Source: Gemmatimonadales bacterium
Lineage (GTDB): Bacteria; Gemmatimonadota; Gemmatimonadetes; Gemmatimonadales; GWC2-71-9
Assembly: GCA_036555275.1 (NCBI GenBank)
Contig: DATBLR010000092.1
Coordinates: 242-64,241, forward strand
Direction: 5' to 3'
Length of the DNA: 64,000 nucleotides
The translations under genes were made by a program, and so were the position numbers. The notes beneath the pieces are model-generated. The model had not been told where the DNA came from and did not search any database. It worked only from the letters and a program-made list of their open reading frames with translations. Numbering within the stretch: position 1 is the first letter of the stretch; each line of letters begins with the position of its first letter. Below, piece after piece: positions 1 to 9,504 of the stretch.

Positions 1-1
1 G

Positions 2-625
2 TTCCGGAGCTTCTACCGGAGCGGCCCGGGACCGGGGCCGCTCCTGGAGCAGGTGCAACTGAGCGACAAGCGGCGCGCCCGGGTGGGCCAACTGTCTGGA
101 GGCCAGAAGCAGCGTCTGGGGCTCGCCTGCGCCCTGGTTGGTGAGCCGGAGCTGCTGTTCCTCGACGAGCCTACGACCGGGCTCGATCCGCAGTCGCGGC
201 GCCAGTTGTGGGGGCTGATCGCCGGCCTGAAAGCAGCCGGGCGTACGGTAATCCTGACCACTCACTACATGGAGGAAGCGGAGCGGCTCTGCGACCGGGT
301 GGCGATCATCGATCTCGGACGGGTGATCGCACTGGGAACTCCGCGGGAGCTGGTCGCCGCGCTCGGCGCGGAACAGGTGGTCGAGATTCACCTGGGAGAA
401 GGAGAACGCGGCGGGGACCTGTGGCGGGGGGTGACCGGCGTTGTCGACGTCCGGGAGGAAGGAGAGCTGGTCACCCTCAGGGTGAGCGCGCTCCAGCACA
501 CCCTCCTGGACCTGCTGGATGCGCTTCGCCAGCGGGGGATCCCCATCCAGGAGCTCCGGACCCGCGTGCCGACACTCGAGGACGTCTTCGTCGCGCTCAC
601 CGGCCGGCACCTGCGCGATGGCTGA
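2..625 (+). CDS. ABC transporter ATP-binding protein (ABC-2 type), 5'-truncated by window edge
   Basis: LSGGQKQR signature, LLFLDEPTTGLDP Walker B, TTH H-loop; frame open back to base 2. Confidence 0.93.
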   Translation, partial: FRSFYRSGPGPGPLLEQVQLSDKRRARVGQLSGGQKQRLGLACALVGEPELLFLDEPTTGLDPQSRRQLWGLIAGLKAAGRTVILTTHYMEEAERLCDRVAIIDLGRVIALGTPRELVAALGAEQVVEIHLGEGERGGDLWRGVTGVVDVREEGELVTLRVSALQHTLLDLLDALRQRGIPIQELRTRVPTLEDVFVALTGRHLRDG

Positions 626-1664
626 GATCGCCTCCAGCCTGCGGGCCCTGGTCTCGGTCCGGCTGCGCGAGTTCTTCCGCGAGCCGGAAGCGGTGTTCTG
701 GACTTATGTGTTCCCGGTCCTGCTCGCCGGCGGTCTGGGTATCGCCTTCCGCAGTCAGCCCCCCCAGCCGGTTCGGGTGGGTTGGGCCGAATGGGTGGAC
801 GGCGACCCGCGGTCGCGCGCCGCGCTCGCCGGAGACAGCGGGATCGTCCTGGTGCCCCTTCCCGACTCCGCCGCTGCCGCGGTGGCGCTGCGACAGGGTC
901 GGGTCGCCCTGGTCCTCCTCGCTCGCCACGACGGAATTCACTATCGCTTCGACGACACCCGGGCCGACGCGCCGGCTGCCCGACTCAGGGTCGACGAGGT
1001 CCTGCAGCGCGCCGCAGGGCGTGTCGACCCGCTCCCGGTCTGGAACGAGCTGGTCCGGGAGCGGGGATCGCGGTACATCGATTTCCTCCTCCCCGGCCTT
1101 ATCGGCCTGAACCTCATGGGAAGCGGAGTGTGGGGTACCGGCTACTCCATCGTGGACGCGCGGCGCCGGAAGCTGCTGAAGCGGCTGCTGGCAACCCCCA
1201 TGTCCCGGGCCGAGTACCTGCTGTCCTTCCCCCTGGCCCAGCTGCTGCTTCTCTTCATCGAGGTGGGTACGATCCTCGCCTTCGGCGTGTTCGTGTTCGG
1301 CGTGCCGGTTCGGGGCTCCCTGGGCACCGTTGCCCTGGTTTGTGTCGTCGGGTCGCTGACCTTCGGGGCGCTCGGCCTGCTTGCCGCCGCCCGTCCCACT
1401 ACCATCGAAGGCGCGTCGGGCGTGATGAACCTTCTGCTGATGCCGATGTGGGTGGTCTCGGGAGTGTTCTTCTCATCGGAGCGATTCCCCCAGGCCGTGC
1501 AACCGGTGATCAAGGCCCTGCCGCTCACCGCGCTGGTAGACGCCCTCCGCCGCATCGTGCTGGAGGGAGCGGCGCTCGGATCGGTCGTGGGTCAGCTGGC
1601 CGTGCTGGCGGGCTGGCTGGTGGTATCCTTCCTGGTGGCGCTCCGGATCTTTCGCTGGCAATAG
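618..1664 (+). CDS. ABC-2 type transporter permease
   Basis: ATG 618 overlaps the upstream stop; multiple TM helices; SRYIDFLLPG and LKRLLATPM motifs. Confidence 0.9.
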   Translation: MAEIASSLRALVSVRLREFFREPEAVFWTYVFPVLLAGGLGIAFRSQPPQPVRVGWAEWVDGDPRSRAALAGDSGIVLVPLPDSAAAAVALRQGRVALVLLARHDGIHYRFDDTRADAPAARLRVDEVLQRAAGRVDPLPVWNELVRERGSRYIDFLLPGLIGLNLMGSGVWGTGYSIVDARRRKLLKRLLATPMSRAEYLLSFPLAQLLLLFIEVGTILAFGVFVFGVPVRGSLGTVALVCVVGSLTFGALGLLAAARPTTIEGASGVMNLLLMPMWVVSGVFFSSERFPQAVQPVIKALPLTALVDALRRIVLEGAALGSVVGQLAVLAGWLVVSFLVALRIFRWQ

Positions 1665-1720
1665 CCTCACCCCCTAGCCCCCTCTCCAGCTCCGCGGGAG
1701 AGGGGGTTAGGGGGTGAGGC
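1664..1720. repeat. REP-like palindrome (24-bp stem, 9-nt loop) between convergent genes; likely bidirectional terminator
   Basis: gcctcacccccta(g)ccccctctcc / ggagagggggttagggggtgaggc, one G-T wobble. Confidence 0.85.
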
Positions 1721-2845
1721 AAACCGATCCGGCCGGAACGGCTTGAGATCGAACGCCGGCACTTCTCCCATCGCCATGTCGCTCAGGATCTCGCCGATCA
1801 CACTGGCGAACTTGAAGCCGTGCCCCGAGCATGCGCTCGCCAGGAGGACTCGCGGTTCGCCGGGGAGCGCGCCCAGCACGAAGTGGTGATCAGGGGTGTT
1901 GGTGTAGAGACAGGTCGCCGCGTCGATCGGCTGGCCGCCGGCATCGGGGATGCGGGTTCGGAGCAGGGTTCGCATGGCGGCGATTTCCACCGGGCCCACC
2001 GTGCGATCGACCCGATCGGGGGATGCCACCGCCCCATCGTGGTGCCGCGCGACCTTGAGTCCCGCCCCGTGGTCGGGGATGCCGTAGAACAGCCGGTCAC
2101 GTTCCCATTCCCAGATGAAGACCGGCAAACGATCGGCGAGAAACATCTCCGGATTGTGCTCGGGTTTGAACCAGTACATCACCTGGCGCTCGACCTCCAG
2201 GGGGATCACCGAATCGGAGATCAGGCCCGGCAACCAGGGGCCGGCGGACAGGATCGCGGTGCCGCATTCGACCGCGCCGCGGCTGGTGGCGAGGGCTAGT
2301 CCGGCGCCACTCCGCCGCCAGCTGGTCACCTCGGTATCGAGATCGAGCACCGCTCCAGCCCGTACGGCGAGCTGGAGTGCGCTGGACACGCAGACCTCCG
2401 GATCCAGAAACCCGGCCCGGGGCTCCAGCAGACCCATCTCGCCGGGATCCGGCCGCAAGGCGGGAAACCGGCGGCGGATCTCCGCCGCACCCAGCAGCTC
2501 GAAGGGCAGGCCGTGGGCCCTCGCGCTCCGCTCAGAACCGGTCAGCAGCTGTCCATCCGGCCGCCCGATCATGAGCCCGCCGGTCTGCCACAGCAGGCGT
2601 TGCCCGCTATCCCGTTGCAGCGCTTCCCAGAGCTGGTAAGCTCGCCGCACCAGTGGCACGTACACCGGCGATTCGTAGTAGGCCTCCCGGATGACCCGGG
2701 AGCGGCCGTGGGTGGACCCGAACTGGTGGGGTGGGGAGTAGCGATCGAAACCGATGACCTGGATGCCGCGGCGCGCCAGTGCGAGGATCGCCGCGCTCCC
2801 TGCCGCACCCAGACCGACGACGGCGACGTCGGCGCGGCGGGACAC
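1667..2845 (-). CDS. solA: N-methyl-L-tryptophan oxidase / monomeric sarcosine oxidase family flavoprotein
   Basis: GTG start; VVGLGAAG FAD motif, GSTHGRSRVIR, CLYTNTPD (covalent-FAD Cys), CSGHGFKF. Confidence 0.88.
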   Translation of the reverse strand: MSRRADVAVVGLGAAGSAAILALARRGIQVIGFDRYSPPHQFGSTHGRSRVIREAYYESPVYVPLVRRAYQLWEALQRDSGQRLLWQTGGLMIGRPDGQLLTGSERSARAHGLPFELLGAAEIRRRFPALRPDPGEMGLLEPRAGFLDPEVCVSSALQLAVRAGAVLDLDTEVTSWRRSGAGLALATSRGAVECGTAILSAGPWLPGLISDSVIPLEVERQVMYWFKPEHNPEMFLADRLPVFIWEWERDRLFYGIPDHGAGLKVARHHDGAVASPDRVDRTVGPVEIAAMRTLLRTRIPDAGGQPIDAATCLYTNTPDHHFVLGALPGEPRVLLASACSGHGFKFASVIGEILSDMAMGEVPAFDLKPFRPDRFASPPNPLSRGAGEGARG

Positions 2846-2846
2846 C

Positions 2847-3179
2847 CTATCGACCGGGGAGGCGATGGCGGGCGAGCAGGAAGCGCTGTTCCTCCATGAT
2901 GACGCGCAGCGGGATGCCTTCATCCAGCCGGGCGGCCACCTCGCCGTCATGGACCCGCAGCACCGTGCCCCGGATGTCGAGGCTGTCGCCCCCCTTGAAG
3001 CGAACCTCGCCCTGGACCTCGAAGCCCGGCTCGGGCGCGGCCAAGTCTCCCAGTCGGAACCGGATGCCGCGCTCGCTGATGTCGAGAACTTCGAAGGCAA
3101 CACCCTGGACCACGAGCTTAGGGCGCAGAGCGGTTGGATAGGCGACCCGGTAGTGCTCGCGCTGGTGTATCCACCCCAT
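2847..3179 (-). CDS. PilZ domain protein
   Basis: REHYR (RxxxR) and DISERG (DxSxxG) c-di-GMP motifs. Confidence 0.85.
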   Translation of the reverse strand: MGWIHQREHYRVAYPTALRPKLVVQGVAFEVLDISERGIRFRLGDLAAPEPGFEVQGEVRFKGGDSLDIRGTVLRVHDGEVAARLDEGIPLRVIMEEQRFLLARHRLPGR

Positions 3180-3188
3180 GGCGAGAAA

Positions 3189-3530
3189 CTACCAGAGCAG
3201 TCCGGTGCGCCGGGGGCTCGCCGGTCCCACCGGCACCGGACTGCCGGCGAGCCGATCCTGGCCTTGCAGGAGGCGAATGGCCGCCTCCGTCCCGTTGACC
3301 CGAAGGACCCGGCCCTCGATTTCGACCGTCCGGTCCGCCGGGAAGCGAATCGTGGCCCGGAGCACTTCGCCGATGGTCAACGCCGGCCGGCCCTCGACCG
3401 AGCCCCGGAACCGAAGCCCATCGGTCGAGAGGTCCAGCACCTCATAGCTCTGGTCCGGCGTTTCGAGCCGGGGCGCAGGGCGACCCGAGAAGGTGAGCCG
3501 CGGCGCATGCCGACGGGGCGAATTCATCAT
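3189..3530 (-). CDS. PilZ domain protein
   Basis: RHAPR and DLSTDG motifs; ATG 3530 in ATGA overlap with upstream stop. Confidence 0.82.
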   Translation of the reverse strand: MMNSPRRHAPRLTFSGRPAPRLETPDQSYEVLDLSTDGLRFRGSVEGRPALTIGEVLRATIRFPADRTVEIEGRVLRVNGTEAAIRLLQGQDRLAGSPVPVGPASPRRTGLLW

Positions 3531-4312
3531 GCGGTCGTTGTCCTCCAGGCCGCCAGGTCGGTGGCGGTGCCGGTCAGAATCCGGGCCCGGTCGACCGGGG
3601 CGAGGTCCAGCAGGTCCAGTCGAGCCAGGGGTGTTTCGGGCAGCCGGAGCGGCTGCCCGCTGCCGAAAAGGAATCGGGTGGGCCCCATCGTCGCAAGCAG
3701 GTGGGCCAGATGATCCTCCGGCGGCCCCCAGACCCAGGAAATGTCCCACCACACCCGCCGCGCCTCCGCCGGGGTCGATCCGTAGTGCGTTTCCTCGATG
3801 AACCCGCGGTCCGCGTGCGTCACGACCAGCAGCACGGAAGGATCGTGCCGGAGCCAGGCGCGCACCGCCCAGGGCGTCAGCTCCGGGGCAACGTCCAGCG
3901 GATGTCGCCCCCGGACATCCTCGAGCCGCACCGCGGCCAGCAGGGGTATCCCGGCGCCGCCGCAGGCGCGCACCAGCCTGAGCATTTCCGCACCGGCAGG
4001 CGCCAGCCCGAGAAACCCGGGGTCCGAGCGGACCGCAACGGCCCCTCGATCGCGGGCCTCGCGGACGTCATCCTCCCAGCGCGGCAGCCCAGGCTGGATC
4101 ACCGGCACCGCCAGGAACCTGGGGTTGCGCGAGGCGACCTGATAGAGCCATTCGTTGCCTTCCGCGGGATCCTTCCACCACAAGCTGGGAAGGTGCGACA
4201 CCCAAGCCTTCTCGACCCCGACCCGATCCATCGCCGCCAGTGTCGCCTCGGGGGAGGTGCCCGGCACCCGGCGCCACGGGTAGGCCCCGAGGAAGACGTT
4301 GACGTCAATCAC
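3527..4312 (-). CDS. amidohydrolase-family protein (degenerate metal motif)
   Basis: IDVNVFLG in place of IDxHxH; RFLFGSGQP; GTGA overlap. Confidence 0.75.
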   Translation of the reverse strand: MIDVNVFLGAYPWRRVPGTSPEATLAAMDRVGVEKAWVSHLPSLWWKDPAEGNEWLYQVASRNPRFLAVPVIQPGLPRWEDDVREARDRGAVAVRSDPGFLGLAPAGAEMLRLVRACGGAGIPLLAAVRLEDVRGRHPLDVAPELTPWAVRAWLRHDPSVLLVVTHADRGFIEETHYGSTPAEARRVWWDISWVWGPPEDHLAHLLATMGPTRFLFGSGQPLRLPETPLARLDLLDLAPVDRARILTGTATDLAAWRTTTA

Positions 4313-5103
4313 GACAACGCACCTGGTGGGAAGATCCGGATCGCGTTACCGGCGACAACCAGTTCGAAATCCTTCCGCGGAAGCAGCCGCTCCAGATGGC
4401 GCAGCTTGGCCCACCCAGTACAGAGCGTGGCGTCCGTGCCCCACAGGAGCCGTTCGGTCCCGACCGCCCGGTGGGCGGCCTCAAGCATGCCGCCATCGAC
4501 GCCGCTTCCCGACAGATCCAGATAGACGTTCGGCTGTCCCCGCACGGCGCGCAGGGTGTGCAGCCAATCGCCGCCGCCGCCGATGTGCGCTACGATGAAG
4601 TTGACCTTCGGGTGGCGCGCGGCCAGCCGGCACAGCTCGACGGCATCCGACGCCTCCTGTCCCGGCCATTCGTGGCGGCGATGCTGCCAGGCGTGATGCA
4701 GGACCGGAAATCCCAGGCGTGGCAGGATCTCGCACACCGGATCGAGCAGCGCGTCGTCGGCCCGGCGGCTGGCGGCCAGCTTGAGCCCGATCATGCCGTT
4801 CCGGGCGGCGAGCTCGATTTCCGCCACGGCGTGCTCGGTGTAGTTGGGATTCACCGTCACATAGCCGCGGATACGTTCCGGATGCGCGGCGGCGAGGTCC
4901 CGCATCTGCTGGTTCCCGTCGGTAAGATCGGTCGCCGACGGAAAGTAGGTCGGCGAACCCTGGCCCCAGCTGCCCAGGATCGATGCCAGGTGCCGGGTGA
5001 TGCCGATCCGTTCGCCGGCGGCGAGCCGGTTCGCGTTCAGCTCACGCCAGTCGCGGCGTCCCGAACGATCATGATAGAAATGGGCATGGACATCCACGAG
5101 CAT
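4309..5103 (-). CDS. amidohydrolase family protein (Amidohydro_2)
   Basis: VDVHAH, IVAHIGGG, YLDLSGS, RLLWGTD. Confidence 0.88.
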   Translation of the reverse strand: MLVDVHAHFYHDRSGRRDWRELNANRLAAGERIGITRHLASILGSWGQGSPTYFPSATDLTDGNQQMRDLAAAHPERIRGYVTVNPNYTEHAVAEIELAARNGMIGLKLAASRRADDALLDPVCEILPRLGFPVLHHAWQHRRHEWPGQEASDAVELCRLAARHPKVNFIVAHIGGGGDWLHTLRAVRGQPNVYLDLSGSGVDGGMLEAAHRAVGTERLLWGTDATLCTGWAKLRHLERLLPRKDFELVVAGNAIRIFPPGALS

Positions 5104-5150
5104 GCGGGAATCTGGTGCCCCGCAGGCAGGCACGTCTAGGGCCGAAACTC

Positions 5151-6338
5151 TTACGGTGCCGCCCGCGGGAGCGCGCGGACCCGCAGGCCGTCCCGGATGA
5201 GATCGCTCGGATAGCGGATCACCGGCTCCCCCGCCTCGAGTCCCCCGACGATTTCGACATCGGATGCGCCGCGATGCCCGGGGGTGATCTGGCGAGCCCG
5301 GGCCCGGCCGTTCTCCACGACGAACACCGTCCAGGCGTCACCCTGGCGAACCAGCGCGCTCAGCGGCACCTGGAGCGCCTGGGCAACCCCCCAGAGCACG
5401 ACCCGGACCTCGACCCGGTACCGGTCGCCCAGCGGACCCGGTGGATCGGTCAGGTCCGCCACGACGTTCACCCGCTGCTCCTCGACACCCAGCGCCGAGA
5501 CCTTGGTAAAACCCGAGGGCTCCACCATCCGAACCCGGGCGCGGAGCGTCTGGCCGCCACCCCATTCTTCGACCAGAACGGTGTCGCCGGGCCGCACCTT
5601 CACCGCATCGGTGGACAGCAGGTCGGCCACGACCTCGAGTCGCGCGGGATCGCCCACCTCCAGGACCGGCGTCCCGGCGAGAATCACGCGTTCACTCTCC
5701 TCCAGCAACCGGAGTACCTGGCCGGCTACCGGGGCGCTGATCGTGCTGCGTCCGCCGCGCGGGGTCTGGCTTTCGGAGGAGGCGAACAGCGCGGCGCGGG
5801 CTCGCTCCAGATCGTGGGCCGCGGTTTCCGCGCGGGCGCGAGCGGCATCGAGCTCTCGCCGGCGAGTGGTTTCCAGGAGCTCCGCCTCCTCACGCTGGGA
5901 TGGTGCCACATGACCCTGGGCGGCGAGGCTCTCTGCCCGCGCCCTTCCCCGCACCCCCTGCTCCAGCGCCGCCTCGGCCGCCAGGGTCGCCGCATCCGCC
6001 GCCCGGCGCGCGTCCTGGGCCGATTCCACCGCCGCAACGGCCGCCCGCCGGGTCCGCGCGTCCAGCGGCGCAGGCTCGAGCCACGCCACCACCTCGCCCC
6101 GATCCACCCGGTCGCCCGCCCTGAGCCGCACCCGTCTCAGTCGGCCCGTGACCGGCGCCGCCACGACGTATCGGTCGCGGACCCGGGTCTCCCCGTCCTC
6201 GGCGATCGTCTCCCGGAGCGGGCCCGTCCGGACCGGCACCGTTTCGACATCGAGGGCGGATGGACGGAGCCTCCACACCACGACCAGTACGACGGCCGTG
6301 AAGGTCAGCAGCAGGCGCCAGTGCTTCTTGAGGAACAT
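5151..6338 (-). CDS. efflux RND/ABC periplasmic adaptor subunit
   Basis: N-terminal TM, biotinyl-like hairpins, coiled coil, FTKVSALGVEEQRV. Confidence 0.9.
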   Translation of the reverse strand: MFLKKHWRLLLTFTAVVLVVVWRLRPSALDVETVPVRTGPLRETIAEDGETRVRDRYVVAAPVTGRLRRVRLRAGDRVDRGEVVAWLEPAPLDARTRRAAVAAVESAQDARRAADAATLAAEAALEQGVRGRARAESLAAQGHVAPSQREEAELLETTRRRELDAARARAETAAHDLERARAALFASSESQTPRGGRSTISAPVAGQVLRLLEESERVILAGTPVLEVGDPARLEVVADLLSTDAVKVRPGDTVLVEEWGGGQTLRARVRMVEPSGFTKVSALGVEEQRVNVVADLTDPPGPLGDRYRVEVRVVLWGVAQALQVPLSALVRQGDAWTVFVVENGRARARQITPGHRGASDVEIVGGLEAGEPVIRYPSDLIRDGLRVRALPRAAP

Positions 6339-6344
6339 GGCCCC

Positions 6345-8714
6345 TCACTCCCGCGTCTTGAGCACCGTGACCAGGTTGAGCCGGCCGATTCGGCGCCACA
6401 CCACGAAGCCGGAGCCTACCGCCGCGACCAGCACCACCGTCACGGCAAACACCCGGCTGAAATCGCTGATCACCAGCGGAATCCGAAACAGGTCCGACGT
6501 GAATCGCGTGACGACCAGCCAGTTGAGCAGCCGCCCCAACGCCAGCCCGAGCGGGATCGCCAGCACGGTGAGCACCGCCTGCTCGCCCAGCAGCATCGCC
6601 GCGACCTCGCCTCGGGTGAAGCCGAGCACCCGGAGGCTCGCCAGCTCCCGACCGCGTTCGGCCAGCGAGACCCGGCCGGCGTTGTACACCACACCACCCG
6701 CGATGATCACCGCGAACGCCACCAGGCTCACGATGGAGATGCGGAAGCTCTCGGCGATCGTCGTCTCGAATCCGCGACGCAGCGCATCGAGCCAGGTCGC
6801 GCTCTGGATGGCCGGGGTCTGCTTCAGCCGCTGATCCAGCTCGGCGCGCCGGTGGCGATCCGCCGCGAGCAGGGCGCCCGTTGCCAGGGGCGGATCCCCG
6901 AGCATACGGTTGAGGGCGTCGAAGGCCATGTACGCCGACAGGCCGAGCAGGTCCCCAACCACACCCGCCACCGGAAGCTCCAGGATTCGCCGGCGTCCCT
7001 CCAGCACCTCCACCGAGAGGGTGTCACCCGGCACGACCCGCAGCCGCTCCGCCAGGGCGGTGGAGAGTAGCAGACCGCCGGACGGCGGCGGCATCGCGGC
7101 CCGGTCGGCGCCCATGATCCGCCGGAGTTCTGCCCCACTCTCGTAGCCCTGGATCGCGCTGCGCTCGCTGGCGGGGCCATGCCGCAGCCGGACCGGAACA
7201 TTGCAGATGAGCTCGACCCGCTGGACACCCGGCAATCGACCCAGGTCCCACCGTACCGAGGCCGGCACCCGACGGGTGAATCCAACGGCGAGGTCCTGCC
7301 GCCAGACGTCGAAGAACTCCAGCCGCTTCATGAAATCGACCGCGTCGAACATGAACCGGCCTGAGAGGGTGAGCGCCACCGCGAGCGCCAGACCGGTCAC
7401 GGCCAACAGCGCTCGCGCCGGGCGCCGCTGAAGGTTGCGGACGATGGTCCGTGCGGCGAGCGGGACCTTCACCGGCAGGCCCACCCGATCCAGCAGGCCC
7501 GGCCGGAAGCTGGCCGGCGACTCCGGCCGCATGGCCTCGGCCGGAGGGAGCGAGAGCACGCGTCGCACCGCGCCGAGCGCGCCGATCAGCGCCGCGCCGC
7601 CGCTGGCCGCCACCGCCATGAGGATCACTCTCACGTCCGGGTGATAGGCAGTGTCCGGAAACTGGTAGAACCGGGCATAGATGCGCGCGAAGCCGGACGC
7701 CATCCAGACACCGAAGACGCCGCCGGCCAGGGTTCCGAGCGACACCGGCACCAGCGCGAAGAGGGCGTAGTGTCTCGCGATCGCTACGCTCCGGTAACCG
7801 AAGGCCTTGAGTACCGCGATCTGCTCCCGTTCCGTAGCCACCAGGCGGGAGAGCACCAGGTGTAGCAGGAATGCCGTCACCCCGAGGAAGACGCTCGGCA
7901 GAAGAACGCTGGTCACCTCGGTCTCGGTGATTTCGGAGGACACGAACTGGTGGGAAACCTGGTCCTTCCGACCGTATGCTCCGAGCCCCCCGTATGGGGC
8001 GAGCACCCGGTCGATCTGCGCGATCACCTCATCGACGACCGTGCCGGGCTGCAGCGTCAGGGCGACGTCGTTGAAGGCGCCGGTCATGTCGAACGCGGCT
8101 CCCAGCCCGCCCTCCGCCATCCAGAGGACTCCGAAGCGCCGGTTGTCCGGGAAGATCATTCCCCCGCCGGCGGGAATCTCGTAGATGAACTCGGGGGAGA
8201 TGGCGGTGCCCACAATCCGAAGTGTCTCCCACCTGCCGCGCAGGATCGCCCCCAGGCTGTCCGCCAGTCGAAGCCCGTTGGCACGGGCGAAGGCGTCGCT
8301 CACCACGACCTCGTCCGCCCGGCCGGCGGTGGGGTAGCGCCCGCTTCGGAGCACGATTCCGTTCAGCATCGGTCGCGGCTGCTCCGGGACCGACACCAGC
8401 CAGCCGGTTGCCGGCTCCTCCAGACCGGGCACGTCCAGCACCGCAGCGGCCACGACGCGCGGCTCCACCGCCTGCACTCCGCGGATCGCCCGCAGCCGAG
8501 CCGCCACCGGCAACGGCGCGCGCTCCACCTGCGCGAAGACCTCCGCGAAATGGTATTCGGCGTAATACGATGCCTGCCGGTCGCGGAGGTAGCCGTGCAT
8601 GCTTCGCATGGCGACGAACAACGCCACGCCACTGGCCATCACCACCGCAATCGCGCCAATCTGGCTGCGATAGTGCCAGGCGTCCCGCTGCAGTTTCCGG
8701 GTAAGGGGAGTCAC
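6345..8714 (-). CDS. ABC transporter permease (FtsX/MacB-like, duplicated)
   Basis: EREQIAVLKAFGY and ERGRELASLRVLGF repeats. Confidence 0.9.
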   Translation of the reverse strand: MTPLTRKLQRDAWHYRSQIGAIAVVMASGVALFVAMRSMHGYLRDRQASYYAEYHFAEVFAQVERAPLPVAARLRAIRGVQAVEPRVVAAAVLDVPGLEEPATGWLVSVPEQPRPMLNGIVLRSGRYPTAGRADEVVVSDAFARANGLRLADSLGAILRGRWETLRIVGTAISPEFIYEIPAGGGMIFPDNRRFGVLWMAEGGLGAAFDMTGAFNDVALTLQPGTVVDEVIAQIDRVLAPYGGLGAYGRKDQVSHQFVSSEITETEVTSVLLPSVFLGVTAFLLHLVLSRLVATEREQIAVLKAFGYRSVAIARHYALFALVPVSLGTLAGGVFGVWMASGFARIYARFYQFPDTAYHPDVRVILMAVAASGGAALIGALGAVRRVLSLPPAEAMRPESPASFRPGLLDRVGLPVKVPLAARTIVRNLQRRPARALLAVTGLALAVALTLSGRFMFDAVDFMKRLEFFDVWRQDLAVGFTRRVPASVRWDLGRLPGVQRVELICNVPVRLRHGPASERSAIQGYESGAELRRIMGADRAAMPPPSGGLLLSTALAERLRVVPGDTLSVEVLEGRRRILELPVAGVVGDLLGLSAYMAFDALNRMLGDPPLATGALLAADRHRRAELDQRLKQTPAIQSATWLDALRRGFETTIAESFRISIVSLVAFAVIIAGGVVYNAGRVSLAERGRELASLRVLGFTRGEVAAMLLGEQAVLTVLAIPLGLALGRLLNWLVVTRFTSDLFRIPLVISDFSRVFAVTVVLVAAVGSGFVVWRRIGRLNLVTVLKTRE

Positions 8715-8722
8715 GGGGCCGC

Positions 8723-9448
8723 CTACCAGCTGAGCTCCGAGGGCGACAACCGCCGCGCGTTCCGGCTTGTTTCCACGATCTGCCCGCTTCGCATCCGGAT
8801 CACCCGATCACCCATGCCGGCGATGGCGGCATTGTGGGTGATCACTGCCGTGGTCGTGCCCAGCTCGCGGTTGACCTGATCCAGGACCCGCAGCACCAGG
8901 ACGCCCGTTTCGTAGTCCAGCGCCCCAGTGGGCTCGTCACACAGCAGGACGTCCGGGCGCTTTGCCACGGCCCGCGCTATGGCCACCCGTTGTTGCTCTC
9001 CCCCGGAAAGCTGGGCGGGAAAGTGTTCCTGTCGGTCCTCCAGCCCGACCAGCCGGAGGGCCTCCCCCGCATCCAGCGGATGCTCGGCGATCTCGGTCAC
9101 CAGCGCGACGTTCTCACGCGCCGTCAGGCTGGGAATCAGATTGTAGAACTGGAAGACGAATCCGACGTGTTCGCGGCGGAACCGGGTGAGCGCCGCGTCA
9201 TCGTCGACCGCCAGGTCATGATCCAGGAAGCGGACTCGCCCGGCGGTCGGAACGTCCAGGCCCCCGAGGATGTTGAGGAGGGTCGACTTGCCGCTGCCGG
9301 AAGGACCAAGCAGCACGACGAATTCCCCCCGGAACAGCTCCAGGTCCACGCCGCGCAACGCCCATACCTCCACTTCGCCCATCCGGTACACCTTGGACAA
9401 GCCGTGGGCCTGAAACACCGCCTCGCCGGCAGGCGCTTCCGGTTTCAT
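8723..9448 (-). CDS. ABC transporter ATP-binding protein (LolD/MacB-like)
   Basis: [24 protein letters not shown]. Confidence 0.95.
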   Translation of the reverse strand: MKPEAPAGEAVFQAHGLSKVYRMGEVEVWALRGVDLELFRGEFVVLLGPSGSGKSTLLNILGGLDVPTAGRVRFLDHDLAVDDDAALTRFRREHVGFVFQFYNLIPSLTARENVALVTEIAEHPLDAGEALRLVGLEDRQEHFPAQLSGGEQQRVAIARAVAKRPDVLLCDEPTGALDYETGVLVLRVLDQVNRELGTTTAVITHNAAIAGMGDRVIRMRSGQIVETSRNARRLSPSELSW

Positions 9449-9460
9449 GAGGGCAAGCTA
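9449..9460 (-). promoter_or_regulatory. -10 element directly upstream of ATG (leaderless-type start)
   Basis: TAGCTT, 6 nt, then ATG on the minus strand; no SD. Confidence 0.5.
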
Positions 9461-9504
9461 TCGGGGCAACTGTGAGGTCATCTGAACGGAGCGTGAAGGA
9501 AGCT

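Noticed and set aside
5115..7070. Long antisense ORFs (also 10827-12560, 14497-16983, 25754-27961, 33166-34419, 40122-42152, 47986-49503)
   Set aside because: Shadow frames of well-supported genes in high-GC DNA; no motifs; R/P/G/H-rich composition.
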